64,000 bases of DNA, from NCBI GenBank assembly GCA_021777995.1, contig JAJYCW010000001.1, positions 5,473-69,472 of the forward strand. The letters run 5' to 3'. Origin of the DNA: a bacterium. Lineage in GTDB: Bacteria; Armatimonadota; Chthonomonadetes; Chthonomonadales; Chthonomonadaceae. Positions 1 to 9,991 of the stretch are shown here, one piece after another; within the stretch, counting starts at the first letter, position 1; every line of letters starts with the position of its first letter. The notes under the pieces are model-generated. The model was not told where the DNA came from. It did no database searches and was given only the letters and a program-made list of their open reading frames with translations. A program made the translations under genes and the position numbers.

Positions 1-30
1 CCTGACACACCCGGTGCGAACTTAGACGTT

Positions 31-999
31 GTGCTTGCACCGCGCTCTGCTACAGACCTTTTCGATTCGGCCCTTGAACACTACCGTAACAACTTTGCCA
101 CGTACCTCTACACTATGGTTTTGGCCGTGTTCCCGATTGAACTAATTCAGAAGTTTATATTCGAAATCTGGTTCAAGCCAGCGCTTGCAGAGCAGTTTTC
201 GGGAGTCACTCTGTCGAAGGCAGCTCAATTCTATAATATCGTTGCAACAGTCGCGTACATTGTGCTGGGCTCGGGCAGGACTCTGTGGCCCGGGCTACTC
301 GGCCTGTTCCTTATATTCGTGGGAACCGGAGCCTGTTCGCTCATTGTTGCTGGTGGGTTAGAGTTGAAACCTGTTGCACCCAAAGCTGCTCTCATTCAAT
401 GCACGAAGGCATCTGGCAGATTGCTGGTATGTGCATCTATCCTGGGGGTTGCAGCAAGCTGCAGCTTTGTTGTGGGGTATCTAATTGCGATTATCGTAGG
501 CTCAACAATTGCGGTTTTACCAATACCTGCTGCTGCCGAAATCGGTACCATTATAGCCGTTGTGTTAGGATACATCCTTACATGTATTCCATTAGCCCAG
601 CACTGCTTCTTTGCAATTCAAATTGTACTGATTGAAGGTAAATCCCCTTGGAGGTTGTGGGATCGGAATTGCATCCTTATTCGCCAATTGCGGCTTCGCA
701 ATGCAGTCGCAGCGTTTGCAAGCCTGCCAATCATCGTAGTACTCACCGCATTAGTAGTTCTCCAAACGGGACACAGCCTGTTAACAAAGTTAGTCATTAA
801 CCCACTTGCCGTCCATATTTCTGCGGTGGTCGCGGCCGCGCTGCAAAACATTGTCGTCAACCTTATGGTGATCGCACTAATGCCCTACGTTGCAATAGTA
901 ACTACCCTGCTCTACTACGACTATCGCATACGCCGTGAAGCTCTCGATTTAAGAGTGTTGGGCGAGAACCCAGGGTCTCGCACGAGCAACTCACAATGA
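31..999 (+). CDS. polytopic integral membrane protein, function unknown (first gene of the MoxR-associated cluster)
   Basis: 322-aa ORF with a GTG start. The frame stays open to the window edge, so the true 5' end may lie upstream. Multiple long hydrophobic segments and no catalytic motif recognised. The stop overlaps the next start (ATGA at 996-999). Confidence 0.6.
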   Translation: MLAPRSATDLFDSALEHYRNNFATYLYTMVLAVFPIELIQKFIFEIWFKPALAEQFSGVTLSKAAQFYNIVATVAYIVLGSGRTLWPGLLGLFLIFVGTGACSLIVAGGLELKPVAPKAALIQCTKASGRLLVCASILGVAASCSFVVGYLIAIIVGSTIAVLPIPAAAEIGTIIAVVLGYILTCIPLAQHCFFAIQIVLIEGKSPWRLWDRNCILIRQLRLRNAVAAFASLPIIVVLTALVVLQTGHSLLTKLVINPLAVHISAVVAAALQNIVVNLMVIALMPYVAIVTTLLYYDYRIRREALDLRVLGENPGSRTSNSQ

Positions 1000-1793
1000 A
1001 AAAAGCGATGCCGATGGCATGCGTGCTTATTTCAACCGGCGCACTCGCCAGTAGTGCATCACCTTCACAAACTCACGGTCCCACCCCTGCACAGTTGCAC
1101 CAGGCTATACACAGTGTCATCTCCGAGCCGGTATTCAACCACTCTAGCGAAAACGGAGTACTTGCAGGAAATGCCATGGCTAAGGCGGGCCAGGCTGCCG
1201 CCAACGTGTTGAGGAAAATATGGCATTACCTTAAAGCGGCATTCAAGTTCTTACGCAACCTATTTCGGCACACAACTCACACAGGAATGCAGGGCGGATT
1301 AACGAGCAACATTATCGTGGCCCTCATGATTACTGCGCTGGTTTTAACTGGGGGCTTTTTTATATACAAACTCGTCATGATGTGGATGGGTAGTAGATTG
1401 GGAGAGACCGCGCCCGCACTCGAAATACTATTTGAAGATAACGATACCCCGTTGGTCATTGACCCGGATACCTGGTTCGTAAAAGCTGAAAAGCTTGCTA
1501 ACGAGGGCCGCTTTCGTGAAGCCTACCGAGCAATGTTCATCGCGCTGCTAATGCGCTTGCATCTTTCACAGATCATTGAACTGCAACGCGGGAAAACCAA
1601 TGGCGCCTACATTCGCGAAGTTGAGAATAAGCTGAACACCGATGACATTAGACAATTCCGCCTCGTGACAAAACGGTATGAAGCCGCATGGTATGGCAGG
1701 CGATTGGTAACAGCCGACGACTACTACAGTGATCGAACTACAGTAACCCAACTGATCCACTCATGTTGCCAGTTGGAGCTGGTAATCCAATGA
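996..1793 (+). CDS. DUF4129 domain-containing membrane protein
   Basis: N-terminal signal-like segment and a central TM helix (IIVALMITALVLTGGFFIYKLV). The C-terminal pattern WFVKAEKLANEGRFREAYRAMFIALL...GKTNGAYIRE...YEAAWYG is typical of DUF4129. ATGA overlaps on both sides. Confidence 0.75.
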   Translation: MKKAMPMACVLISTGALASSASPSQTHGPTPAQLHQAIHSVISEPVFNHSSENGVLAGNAMAKAGQAAANVLRKIWHYLKAAFKFLRNLFRHTTHTGMQGGLTSNIIVALMITALVLTGGFFIYKLVMMWMGSRLGETAPALEILFEDNDTPLVIDPDTWFVKAEKLANEGRFREAYRAMFIALLMRLHLSQIIELQRGKTNGAYIREVENKLNTDDIRQFRLVTKRYEAAWYGRRLVTADDYYSDRTTVTQLIHSCCQLELVIQ

Positions 1794-2977
1794 GCAACAA
1801 ACTGTATTTAAGGCGATTGGTCCTATTTATCGCTATCTATGCCGTTGGTGCATATGCGCTTGCCCTATACAGTTCAAAAACAGTCTCGGCTGATAATCCT
1901 AGTTCCCTTAACTCGCGGGCCTTTGGTACGCGTGCCCTGTACCGATATTATGGTCTCTATTTCGATGTTAAGCGATCTGAAAAGCCGTGGACATCCCTCA
2001 CAAGCAGTACAAAGGTGCTGGTAGTAACCGCGCCGTACGCCCGCCCTCCTAACGCAAAAGAGGCTAATCACCTACAACAATGGCTGCAAACCGGCGGCGT
2101 ACTGATCTATTGCCCTAGCGTAGACGTGTCAAAGCGCTCAGTACTTCCGTCACCACTAAACGATATCGCAGTGCAAGCAGAACAACAAGCCTACACGATC
2201 CCTGTGACAAACCATGGTTCACCATTGCTTACGGATGTGCACTCGCTGGTTTGGCACACAGTGAATAGGCTCACACTAAACTCACAGTCCTTCGTTCCCC
2301 TCATTACAGATGGCTACGGATGCCTGGCAGCTGTGGCTGCGGTTGGCAAAGGTCAAATCATCGCTCTAGCCGATTCCCAGTTTGTCTCCAATAAAAACAT
2401 TGCACTTGGCGATAACGCAATACTAGCCTACAACCTTGTGGCACGATCAAATAGCAAGGGCCAGGGCACTATCACTTTTGATGAGTACCATCACGGTGTG
2501 GGATTTGCTCCGGTAGAGAATGCCCGAGGCGAAGGGTTACCAGTCATTTTGTGGGACGCGTCGCCAGCTAATTTGCGAATTTCATTAGAACTGTGCGTGG
2601 CCATTCTTGCGCTGCTGGCTGTGAATTCGAACTGCGTTTTAGGGCCAAAATATAGACTAGTACCCACGACCGAACAAAATACACATAATCTTGTGCGCGG
2701 CGTAGCATCATTAATGAAGCGAGCCAGAGCCGACAGCGTAGCGTTGGAGGTACTCACATCTGACCTAAAACAGGCCGTTATCGCGCGGTTTAATCTTCCA
2801 CCTGAGGCGGATCTACCTGAAATTGCGGCTGCATTGCATAGGTCGAATAGTCCTATCGCCGACGAATTAGGTACACTGTTTGTTCAATTAACTACCGCCG
2901 CGGCCACGCCGCCACGGGATCTCAACAAGCTGCTAATGCAGTTAGAACGCATGCGAAGGACGATTACTGTTGACTGA
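1790..2977 (+). CDS. DUF4350 domain-containing protein
   Basis: Start chosen at ATG 1790, which overlaps the upstream TGA as ATGA (the ORF track starts at 1763). N-terminal TM helix and an ITFDEYHHG motif typical of DUF4350. Sits immediately upstream of MoxR, as in known clusters. Confidence 0.7.
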   Translation: MSNKLYLRRLVLFIAIYAVGAYALALYSSKTVSADNPSSLNSRAFGTRALYRYYGLYFDVKRSEKPWTSLTSSTKVLVVTAPYARPPNAKEANHLQQWLQTGGVLIYCPSVDVSKRSVLPSPLNDIAVQAEQQAYTIPVTNHGSPLLTDVHSLVWHTVNRLTLNSQSFVPLITDGYGCLAAVAAVGKGQIIALADSQFVSNKNIALGDNAILAYNLVARSNSKGQGTITFDEYHHGVGFAPVENARGEGLPVILWDASPANLRISLELCVAILALLAVNSNCVLGPKYRLVPTTEQNTHNLVRGVASLMKRARADSVALEVLTSDLKQAVIARFNLPPEADLPEIAAALHRSNSPIADELGTLFVQLTTAAATPPRDLNKLLMQLERMRRTITVD

Positions 2978-4031
2978 ATTCGACAAGCTGGACACCTTAC
3001 AGGAAACGACTCCCGTATCGCTCGGTTCTTCGCAAGAAGTCCACGACGCATCACTTCACGAAGATGGCCCGGTGCATTCCGAACCGATGTGCGCTTCCCT
3101 ATATAGACAAATAGCGCAGGAGTTGGGGAAGGTAGTTGTGGGCCAAGAACAGCTCGTACGTCTGCTAACAACCGCGTTACTAGCAGGTGGTCACGTTCTA
3201 CTGGAGGGTGTTCCGGGTACTGCCAAAACGTTGACTATTCGAACCCTCTCGAGGATCTTTGGCAGCACTTTTTCGCGGATTCAGTTCACACCAGATCTCA
3301 TGCCCTCGGATATTCTCGGTGTCAATGTTTTCGATCCTGCATCCGGGCAGTTTAATGTAAAATACGGGCCTATCTTTGCTGGATTGGTGCTTGCGGATGA
3401 AATCAACCGAACACCTCCCAAAACGCAGTCTGCATTACTAGAAGCCATGGAGGAACGTGCTGTCACCATTGATGGCACACGGCATCCCTTACCCGAACCG
3501 TTTATGGTCTGCGCAACTCAAAACCCTGTTGAGTATGAAGGAACCTACCCGCTTCCAGAAGCACAACTCGATCGGTTCATGATGCGCATTGCAATATCGT
3601 ACCCAAGCGCTGAAGAGGAGTTAAAAATACTCGATCGAGTTCAATCGGGATTTAGGTCGCAAAATCTAGATACGGCGAACCTTGAGGTGGTTACCAATGT
3701 GAACGAACTCCATCGTTATCGGGTAGAGACCGATGAAGTTACGGTATCGCCAGACGTGAGGAAGTACATTGTCGCCCTATGCCGCGCAACCAGGGAGAAC
3801 AGGCACATCGTATTGGGCGCAAGTCCGCGTGCGGCAATAACGCTACTCAATGCTTCGCGATCGCTTGCTGCCATGAGCGGTAGAATGTTCGTCACGCCAG
3901 ATGATGTGATAGAACTGGTGCCACCGGTACTACAACACAGGCTAATTCTAAAGGCAGAATCCGAACTCGATGGACACACAGCATCATCGGTACTAGACTC
4001 CGTCATTAACGGTGCCGAGGTGCCACGATAG
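2970..4031 (+). CDS. MoxR-family AAA+ ATPase
   Basis: Walker A LEGVPGTAKT, Walker B LADEINRTPPKTQSALLEAMEE, and a conserved MoxR C-terminal region (GASPRA...). The start is uncertain: TTG 2970 overlaps the upstream gene, and ATG 3087 is an alternative. Confidence 0.9.
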   Translation: MTEFDKLDTLQETTPVSLGSSQEVHDASLHEDGPVHSEPMCASLYRQIAQELGKVVVGQEQLVRLLTTALLAGGHVLLEGVPGTAKTLTIRTLSRIFGSTFSRIQFTPDLMPSDILGVNVFDPASGQFNVKYGPIFAGLVLADEINRTPPKTQSALLEAMEERAVTIDGTRHPLPEPFMVCATQNPVEYEGTYPLPEAQLDRFMMRIAISYPSAEEELKILDRVQSGFRSQNLDTANLEVVTNVNELHRYRVETDEVTVSPDVRKYIVALCRATRENRHIVLGASPRAAITLLNASRSLAAMSGRMFVTPDDVIELVPPVLQHRLILKAESELDGHTASSVLDSVINGAEVPR

Positions 4032-4047
4032 CTACCACAACATTCGC

Positions 4048-5148
4048 ATGAGAGTTGCGCTAGTGACCCGCCCTATGGCCGGAGGAATGAGGAACCATGT
4101 GCTTCAAATCATTACCGGGCTTGAAAAGGCGGGCGTTCAGTTCATTCTCTTCGGTGACGCGAAGACCTGGCAGGGTATCACACCAACCGGCGTGACCTTT
4201 ATCCAACTGGAATCAGCAGCTAGTTCCCGGGCAATGGCCTCAGTGCGAAACCTACTTCGCATTCGCAGGTTTCTGAAGCATAGTCCAATGCTTGTTCACA
4301 GCCATGGAGTAAGTGCCGCACTTACCGGATGCCTTGCCGCGCGTTGGGCTGGTTGTCCATCGCTATTTACCGCCCACAACGTAATGGGCCAAAGTAGCTG
4401 GCATCGCCACTTCATTTCACCTATACTCCGTTCGTCCAATCTCGCGATCGCCGTGACCTCGGCGGTGAAACAGTCGCTAACGCTGGCGGGCCTACGCCCG
4501 GAAACCATAGAGGTTATTTCAAATGGAATAGCCCACGAACCCCCGCCCTGTGAACCTTGTAGCGTAATTCTTAAACGATATGGACTGCCCCAGACCCGGC
4601 CAGTGATTCTTGCGGCGGGACGATTATCGCACGAAAAGGGATTTGACCTACTAATCCAATCTGCAAGGCAACTCCTTCAGAGTGCTCCTGACGTCGTGAT
4701 TGCGGTTGCAGGTGACGGCCCGGAGCTCGGTAATCTTCGAACCCTAATAAACACCCTCAGCCTACAAGAGTCTGTTTTCCTGTTGGGTCACACAACAGAG
4801 TTACGGTCGCTTATGCACTGTGTGGAGATGATGGTCATCCCCTCGCGCAGCGAGGGCCAGTCGCTCGTCGCACTCGAAGCAATGGATGCCGGATGCCCCG
4901 TAGTCGCATTCAAAACAGGGGGCCTTGGTGAAACCTTGGAAGACGGTAAAGCAGGTCGCTTAGTGGACATGAACTCCACAGATGCACTCGCTGCGGAAAT
5001 TCTGAATCTACATAACAGTAGCGAAGATAGAGAACAAATCATTTTAGCCGCCAGGAAGCATCTCCTGCGAACAGGTATGGCAGCCACAATGTGTGAACGC
5101 ACCTTCACGGTCTATGAGCGCTTAGAATCAGAATGGAGGATACACTGA
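4048..5148 (+). CDS. glycosyltransferase family 4 (GT-B fold)
   Basis: Start at ATG 4048 (MRVALVTRP). E-x7-E motif SEGQSLVALEAMDAGCPVVA and the typical GT4 length and layout. Confidence 0.8.
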   Translation: MRVALVTRPMAGGMRNHVLQIITGLEKAGVQFILFGDAKTWQGITPTGVTFIQLESAASSRAMASVRNLLRIRRFLKHSPMLVHSHGVSAALTGCLAARWAGCPSLFTAHNVMGQSSWHRHFISPILRSSNLAIAVTSAVKQSLTLAGLRPETIEVISNGIAHEPPPCEPCSVILKRYGLPQTRPVILAAGRLSHEKGFDLLIQSARQLLQSAPDVVIAVAGDGPELGNLRTLINTLSLQESVFLLGHTTELRSLMHCVEMMVIPSRSEGQSLVALEAMDAGCPVVAFKTGGLGETLEDGKAGRLVDMNSTDALAAEILNLHNSSEDREQIILAARKHLLRTGMAATMCERTFTVYERLESEWRIH

Positions 5149-5149
5149 G

Positions 5150-6199
5150 ATGCCCCTTCACGCAGAATTACATCGGCACCTTGGTGGGGCAGTGGCACCC
5201 CGCATTTTCTGGCGATTCTTGCAGCGTCAGCATCACCCGCTTGCAACGCAGTTTCCTCACTATGAAGAGTTTGAGGAATTTATCACCCGGCCGCGGGCCT
5301 CACTAGTAGAGTTCCTCGAACTGCATACCATGGTTGAGCAGGTTCAATCGCTGCATAATCTTCCTTACTTCATATCGAAACTAGTACGGGGAGCCTATGT
5401 GTTTGAGGGAATTCTGTACCTGGAATTGCGCTACACACCCTATTACCGTACAGACCCTATGGAAACTGAATCGCGACGTATCGATCAGATGGAAGAGGTT
5501 GTCAACACAATTGCGTTGGCGGCAAATGTTCCAGACTATCCGGTAGTACTTAAGCAAATTCTGTGCATGCACAGCAGACTGCCTACGCGGATCAACCGGG
5601 CTATAGTGGAATTGGCTACTACCGTGCCTCATCTGGTTTGCGGTATCGATTTGGCGGGGCCGGACCTACTTTATAAGGAGAGACTGCCGGAACTGCTAGA
5701 ATTGTTTAAATCTGCCCGCGAGCGTGGGCTGAAAACGACCTGCCACCTGTTTGAAACTACCAACGGCTTCTACCCTGAATTCCTACCCTACCTTAACCGC
5801 ATTGGCCATGGCATACAGGTTGCGCTAGAGCGACCTGATCTGTTGGTTGAAATTGCCAGGCGACGTCAATGTCTGGAGGTATGCCCCACGTCCTATTTAA
5901 AGACAGGTACCCTTCCCGACCTGACGGCACTGAGACGCGTATTTCATAATTGTGATAATGCGGGGGTTGATATCGCCATCTGTACAGATAATCCCGGGTT
6001 ACACAACGTGCGACTGCCTTTCGAATTTGAAAACCTGCTGACACTCGACGTTATAGATTTCGACCAGCTCAAGCGTTGTCAGGCCGCTGCTTTTCGTCAT
6101 GCTTTTGCTTGGCCGTATAATGAGCCACCAGATTCGATTGTTAGGGATATAATAAATAAACAGGCAGGTTCAACGACGTCACCTGACCCCACAACATAG
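5150..6199 (+). CDS. adenosine/AMP deaminase-family amidohydrolase
   Basis: N-terminal metal-binding H-x-H (ELHRHLGG), an IDLAGPD segment, and a C-terminal ICTDNPG (TDDP-like). Next to a nucleoside-type ABC importer. Confidence 0.75.
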   Translation: MPLHAELHRHLGGAVAPRIFWRFLQRQHHPLATQFPHYEEFEEFITRPRASLVEFLELHTMVEQVQSLHNLPYFISKLVRGAYVFEGILYLELRYTPYYRTDPMETESRRIDQMEEVVNTIALAANVPDYPVVLKQILCMHSRLPTRINRAIVELATTVPHLVCGIDLAGPDLLYKERLPELLELFKSARERGLKTTCHLFETTNGFYPEFLPYLNRIGHGIQVALERPDLLVEIARRRQCLEVCPTSYLKTGTLPDLTALRRVFHNCDNAGVDIAICTDNPGLHNVRLPFEFENLLTLDVIDFDQLKRCQAAAFRHAFAWPYNEPPDSIVRDIINKQAGSTTSPDPTT

Positions 6200-6258
6200 C
6201 GCAGCTGCCATTTGCAGTAATGTCTCTATCCAGCGAACAGTTCAAAGGAACAATTTTC

Positions 6259-7320
6259 ATGACAGCCACTCGAGGTACACGTTTTCGACGCCTATTACTC
6301 CCTGCAATTATCGCCGCTACAGCAGGCTGTGGACGCAGCAATGCACCTACCGTTGCGGCCTCGGGCGCTCCCGGGCAGCAAGTTGCAGGAAAGCCGTACA
6401 AAATCGCACTCGTGCTGAGCGGCTCTGCCACAGACCACGGCTGGAATCAGGACGCAGTCAAGGCTATTCACGACGTGCAGTCCGCACTTAAGCTGCCTGC
6501 CTCAAGTATCTCGATAAAAGAAGATGCCGTGTCGCCTAGCCAACAGCAGGACAACCTGCGGGCGTATGCAGGGCAGGGCTACAACCTCATTATTGGTCAT
6601 GGCGAGGAATATCAGGCACCCGCGCTGCACATGGCACCGCAGTTTCCTAACACATTATTCGTGATATCCTCTGGGGATAAAATTGCGGCAAATGTTACCC
6701 CAATCGTCTTCAAGCTTGAAGATGGTGCTTATCTTCTTGGAATGCTCGCCGCCGGTATGAGCCATACTGGTAAGATCGCTGAGGTTGGCGCGCAGGAGAT
6801 CGCTCCAGTTCGTAGTGTATTCAGTGCGTTTGCACTTGGTGCTAAAGCCGTTAATCCTAATATCACGATTCTCCATCCAGTTTATACCAATGACTGGGAA
6901 GACATCGGGAAAGCGGCACAGGCAACACAGCCGCTTATTCAGCAGGGCGCCGACGTGATCATTCAGGATTTGGACAGTGCATCGCAAGGCGTGTTCAATG
7001 CCGTGCAACAGAGCAGTACGGCAGCGCATCCCGTTTATGCCCTTGGCACCAACAACGATCAAAACTCAGCGGCACCCGGCGTTGTTCTTGCCAGCGCACC
7101 CATCAACTGCTCTCCGGTGTTTGTGAGTATCGCCAAGCAGGCGGAGGCTGGCACCTTTAAACCATCCAACACCCCGTACGGATTGCCTCAGGGAGTCATC
7201 GGTTTCATCGAGAACCCTGCTCTGGCATCCAGGATACCTGCCCCGCTGCAGGCAAAAATCACCGCAGCCCAACAAGCGATTCAGTCTGGAAAGCTTGTAG
7301 TGCCAATGAAGACGCAATGA
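6259..7320 (+). CDS. BMP-family (basic membrane protein, PnrA-like) ABC substrate-binding lipoprotein
   Basis: Start chosen at ATG 6259, preceded by AAAGGAA (the ORF track starts at 6220). Signal peptide with lipobox AATAGC. BMP-like pattern (DHGWNQ, GHGEEY). Followed by a dual-ATPase gene and two permease genes. Confidence 0.8.
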   Translation: MTATRGTRFRRLLLPAIIAATAGCGRSNAPTVAASGAPGQQVAGKPYKIALVLSGSATDHGWNQDAVKAIHDVQSALKLPASSISIKEDAVSPSQQQDNLRAYAGQGYNLIIGHGEEYQAPALHMAPQFPNTLFVISSGDKIAANVTPIVFKLEDGAYLLGMLAAGMSHTGKIAEVGAQEIAPVRSVFSAFALGAKAVNPNITILHPVYTNDWEDIGKAAQATQPLIQQGADVIIQDLDSASQGVFNAVQQSSTAAHPVYALGTNNDQNSAAPGVVLASAPINCSPVFVSIAKQAEAGTFKPSNTPYGLPQGVIGFIENPALASRIPAPLQAKITAAQQAIQSGKLVVPMKTQ

Positions 7321-8882
7321 CCACAGCGCCTCAACTTGGCGAACAACTTATTGTGCCAGCAATAATCACGCACGACATTACGCGTTTGTTTGGATCTACT
7401 GTTGCGCTTGATAGTGTTAACGTTCGCATAGAAGCCGGTGTTGTACACGCGATATTGGGTGAAAACGGTGCTGGTAAATCTACGCTTATGAACATCCTTG
7501 CTGGCATTTTGCGCCCATCCCGAGGTCACCTCGAGGTATTCGGGATGAGGCGTGATTTCAGAAGCCCCACGGATGCACGATCCAGTTCAATAGCAATGGT
7601 GCACCAGCACTTCACACTTGTACCCGCCTTTACGGTGGCAGAAAACCTTGCGCTTGATTCACCAGCCGGGCGCAAATTCACGCCTTACAAACCAACAAAA
7701 GCCAGCTCCATGGCGATGCAGACAGCCGAACGACTTGGATGGAGTTTGGATCCCACAAGCACCACAGGATCGCTGCCGGTTGGAATACAGCAGCGCATAG
7801 AGATCGTCAAAGCTCTAGCCACAGGCGCACGCATCGTAATTTTCGACGAGCCCACTGCAGTACTCAGCACTCGGGAAATCGACGATCTGTTCCGTGTATT
7901 CAAACTACTCAAACAATCTGGCTGCACGGTCGTGCTAATTGCCCATAAGCTGGCAGAGATTCTTGCCGTTGCAGATGACATTAATGTATTGCGCCGTGGT
8001 AAAGTAGTTGCAGCCTGCAAGGCTGCTGATACCAATGAGAAGCAGCTGGCCTCTTGGATGGTCGGTCAAACGTTCTCGACTGGCGGCTACCAACGACCAG
8101 GCAGCGAAATCGAGGCGCAGGAAAACAGCAACACCCCCGCACTTCAACTGAGGTCTGTTTCGGCCGCAGGTGACCGCGGCGAACAGGTGTTGGACGCGGT
8201 AAGTTTTTGCGTAGGCGCTGGTGAGATATTTGGAATCGGCGGCGTAGATGGAAATGGCCAAAATGAACTGGCGGAAGTGCTTGTGGGTCTGCGGCAAATT
8301 AAAGCAGGCACAATTACTTGGCATGGCCAGCCGTTTAAGCCTGGTAGCTCACCCACTGTGGGCTTTATACCGCAGGATCGCCGCAAAGATGGACTGGCGA
8401 CCGAAATGTCTGTAAAGGATAATCTGCTCATCCAGGCAGTCCAAAAAAAGGAGTTCATGCGCGGCCCTTTCCTCGCTAACAAAAAGCTTAATGAAGTGGC
8501 AGCAAACCTTGCTTCAAAGTTTGATATTAGAAGTGCAGGGTTGTCTACTCCCGTGTCGTCGCTTTCTGGCGGAAACCAGCAGAAGATTGTTGCCGCGCGT
8601 GCTCTTTATTCAGAACCAGAGTTTATTGTTGCCGTTAACCCAACTCGCGGCCTGGATATTGGCGCTTCGCGATTTGTGCATGAACAGCTAATCGACGCAA
8701 GCAGGCGTGGCGCCGCTATTGTAGTCTTATCAACCGACATGGACGAAATTGCTGCCTTATCTCACAGAACAGCAGTCATAACCCGCGGCTCCATTCAAGA
8801 ATATGAAATTCGCGGACGATCGGCAGAAGACATTGGCATGCTTCTTGGCGGGGCGCTAAATCCTGAAGGTTCGCGCGGATGA
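7317..8882 (+). CDS. ABC transporter ATP-binding protein, duplicated ATPase (sugar/nucleoside importer type)
   Basis: Walker A GENGAGKST, a second cassette with signature LSGGNQQK, and an ATGA overlap with the upstream gene. Confidence 0.9.
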   Translation: MTTAPQLGEQLIVPAIITHDITRLFGSTVALDSVNVRIEAGVVHAILGENGAGKSTLMNILAGILRPSRGHLEVFGMRRDFRSPTDARSSSIAMVHQHFTLVPAFTVAENLALDSPAGRKFTPYKPTKASSMAMQTAERLGWSLDPTSTTGSLPVGIQQRIEIVKALATGARIVIFDEPTAVLSTREIDDLFRVFKLLKQSGCTVVLIAHKLAEILAVADDINVLRRGKVVAACKAADTNEKQLASWMVGQTFSTGGYQRPGSEIEAQENSNTPALQLRSVSAAGDRGEQVLDAVSFCVGAGEIFGIGGVDGNGQNELAEVLVGLRQIKAGTITWHGQPFKPGSSPTVGFIPQDRRKDGLATEMSVKDNLLIQAVQKKEFMRGPFLANKKLNEVAANLASKFDIRSAGLSTPVSSLSGGNQQKIVAARALYSEPEFIVAVNPTRGLDIGASRFVHEQLIDASRRGAAIVVLSTDMDEIAALSHRTAVITRGSIQEYEIRGRSAEDIGMLLGGALNPEGSRG

Positions 8883-9985
8883 GTGCACGTCGAATGACAA
8901 CACCACGATCCCTATCGGCCAGGGTAATCAAGGTCGCACTTCAGGCGTGTGCGGCCGCGCTCTCGTTCCTCATTCTACTTGCTGGTACTCTCACCCTATT
9001 TGGTATTCGCGCAAAAACAGCACTTCCTGCCATAGCCGACGGTGCATTTGGAGGGTGGCAGTACGGGCATCTTTATGCGCTTTCTGAAACGGTCGTAGAA
9101 GCAGTACCGCTCATTTTAACGGGTCTGGGAGTTCTGGTTGCGTGGCAGGCAGGCATGTTCTCTATCGGTGGCGAAGGGCAGCTGCTTATTGGCGCACTTT
9201 CGGCGATGACAGTAGAGCACTTCATCGGCAACACACCAGCACCACTCATTACATTCCTAATGCTTGTCGCCTCAGTGGTGGGTGGCGCACTGTGGGGTGG
9301 AATAGCCGGCTGGCTGCGCACCACGCGAAACGTTCAGGAGGTGATTAGTACAATCATGCTGAACTACATAGCCCTCTACCTCGTGGGGGCGGCTGTACTC
9401 GGTCCCCTTCAAGAACCATCGCATAGCGGACCGGAGACAGCGCTTCTTCCAGATCCTGTCCTGTTTGCTCATATACTTCCTGCGGCCTGGACGGGTGGTA
9501 TAACCGCGCGCCTGCACACCGGAGTCATCATTGCACTGATTGCAGTTCCGTGTACAGCAGTTTGGATGTACAGAACACGGACAGGCTTCGCATTGCGATT
9601 AACGGGTCGCAATGCGGACGCGGCACGTACGGCTGGCTTTTCGGTGGACCGCGTGCGCCTAATAGCAATGGTTGTCTCTGGAGCATTATGTGGCCTGGCA
9701 GGCTCAGTGCAGCTGTTAGGCGTAAGTGCGCGTCTTGATCAACAGTTTTCACCTGGCTGGGGCTACAGCGCAATTCCCGTTGCCCTCATGGGCGGCTTAA
9801 CACCCGGCGGCACGCTGGTGTCCGCACTCTTTTTTGGTGCGCTAACGGCTGGCACAAACAGCGCAGAACGCACTGCAGGAGTACCCGCGGTGGTAGCTGA
9901 CGTTCTGCTTGCAGCATCCGTTATGGCTGTTGTCGCCATAAGAGCATGGCGTGGCAGGGCACAATTGGCTTCGGGGGGAGACTAA
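8879..9985 (+). CDS. ABC transporter permease (BMP/nucleoside system)
   Basis: Polytopic membrane protein. ATGA overlap with the ATPase gene. Typical branched-chain/ribose-type permease length. Confidence 0.85.
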   Translation: MSARRMTTPRSLSARVIKVALQACAAALSFLILLAGTLTLFGIRAKTALPAIADGAFGGWQYGHLYALSETVVEAVPLILTGLGVLVAWQAGMFSIGGEGQLLIGALSAMTVEHFIGNTPAPLITFLMLVASVVGGALWGGIAGWLRTTRNVQEVISTIMLNYIALYLVGAAVLGPLQEPSHSGPETALLPDPVLFAHILPAAWTGGITARLHTGVIIALIAVPCTAVWMYRTRTGFALRLTGRNADAARTAGFSVDRVRLIAMVVSGALCGLAGSVQLLGVSARLDQQFSPGWGYSAIPVALMGGLTPGGTLVSALFFGALTAGTNSAERTAGVPAVVADVLLAASVMAVVAIRAWRGRAQLASGGD

Positions 9986-9991
9986 GGCGAC

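Noticed and set aside
285-635. 116-aa Cys/Arg-rich ORF inside the first membrane-protein gene
   Set aside because: It is an alternative frame of a longer ORF with clear transmembrane character. Its composition is typical of an out-of-frame reading.
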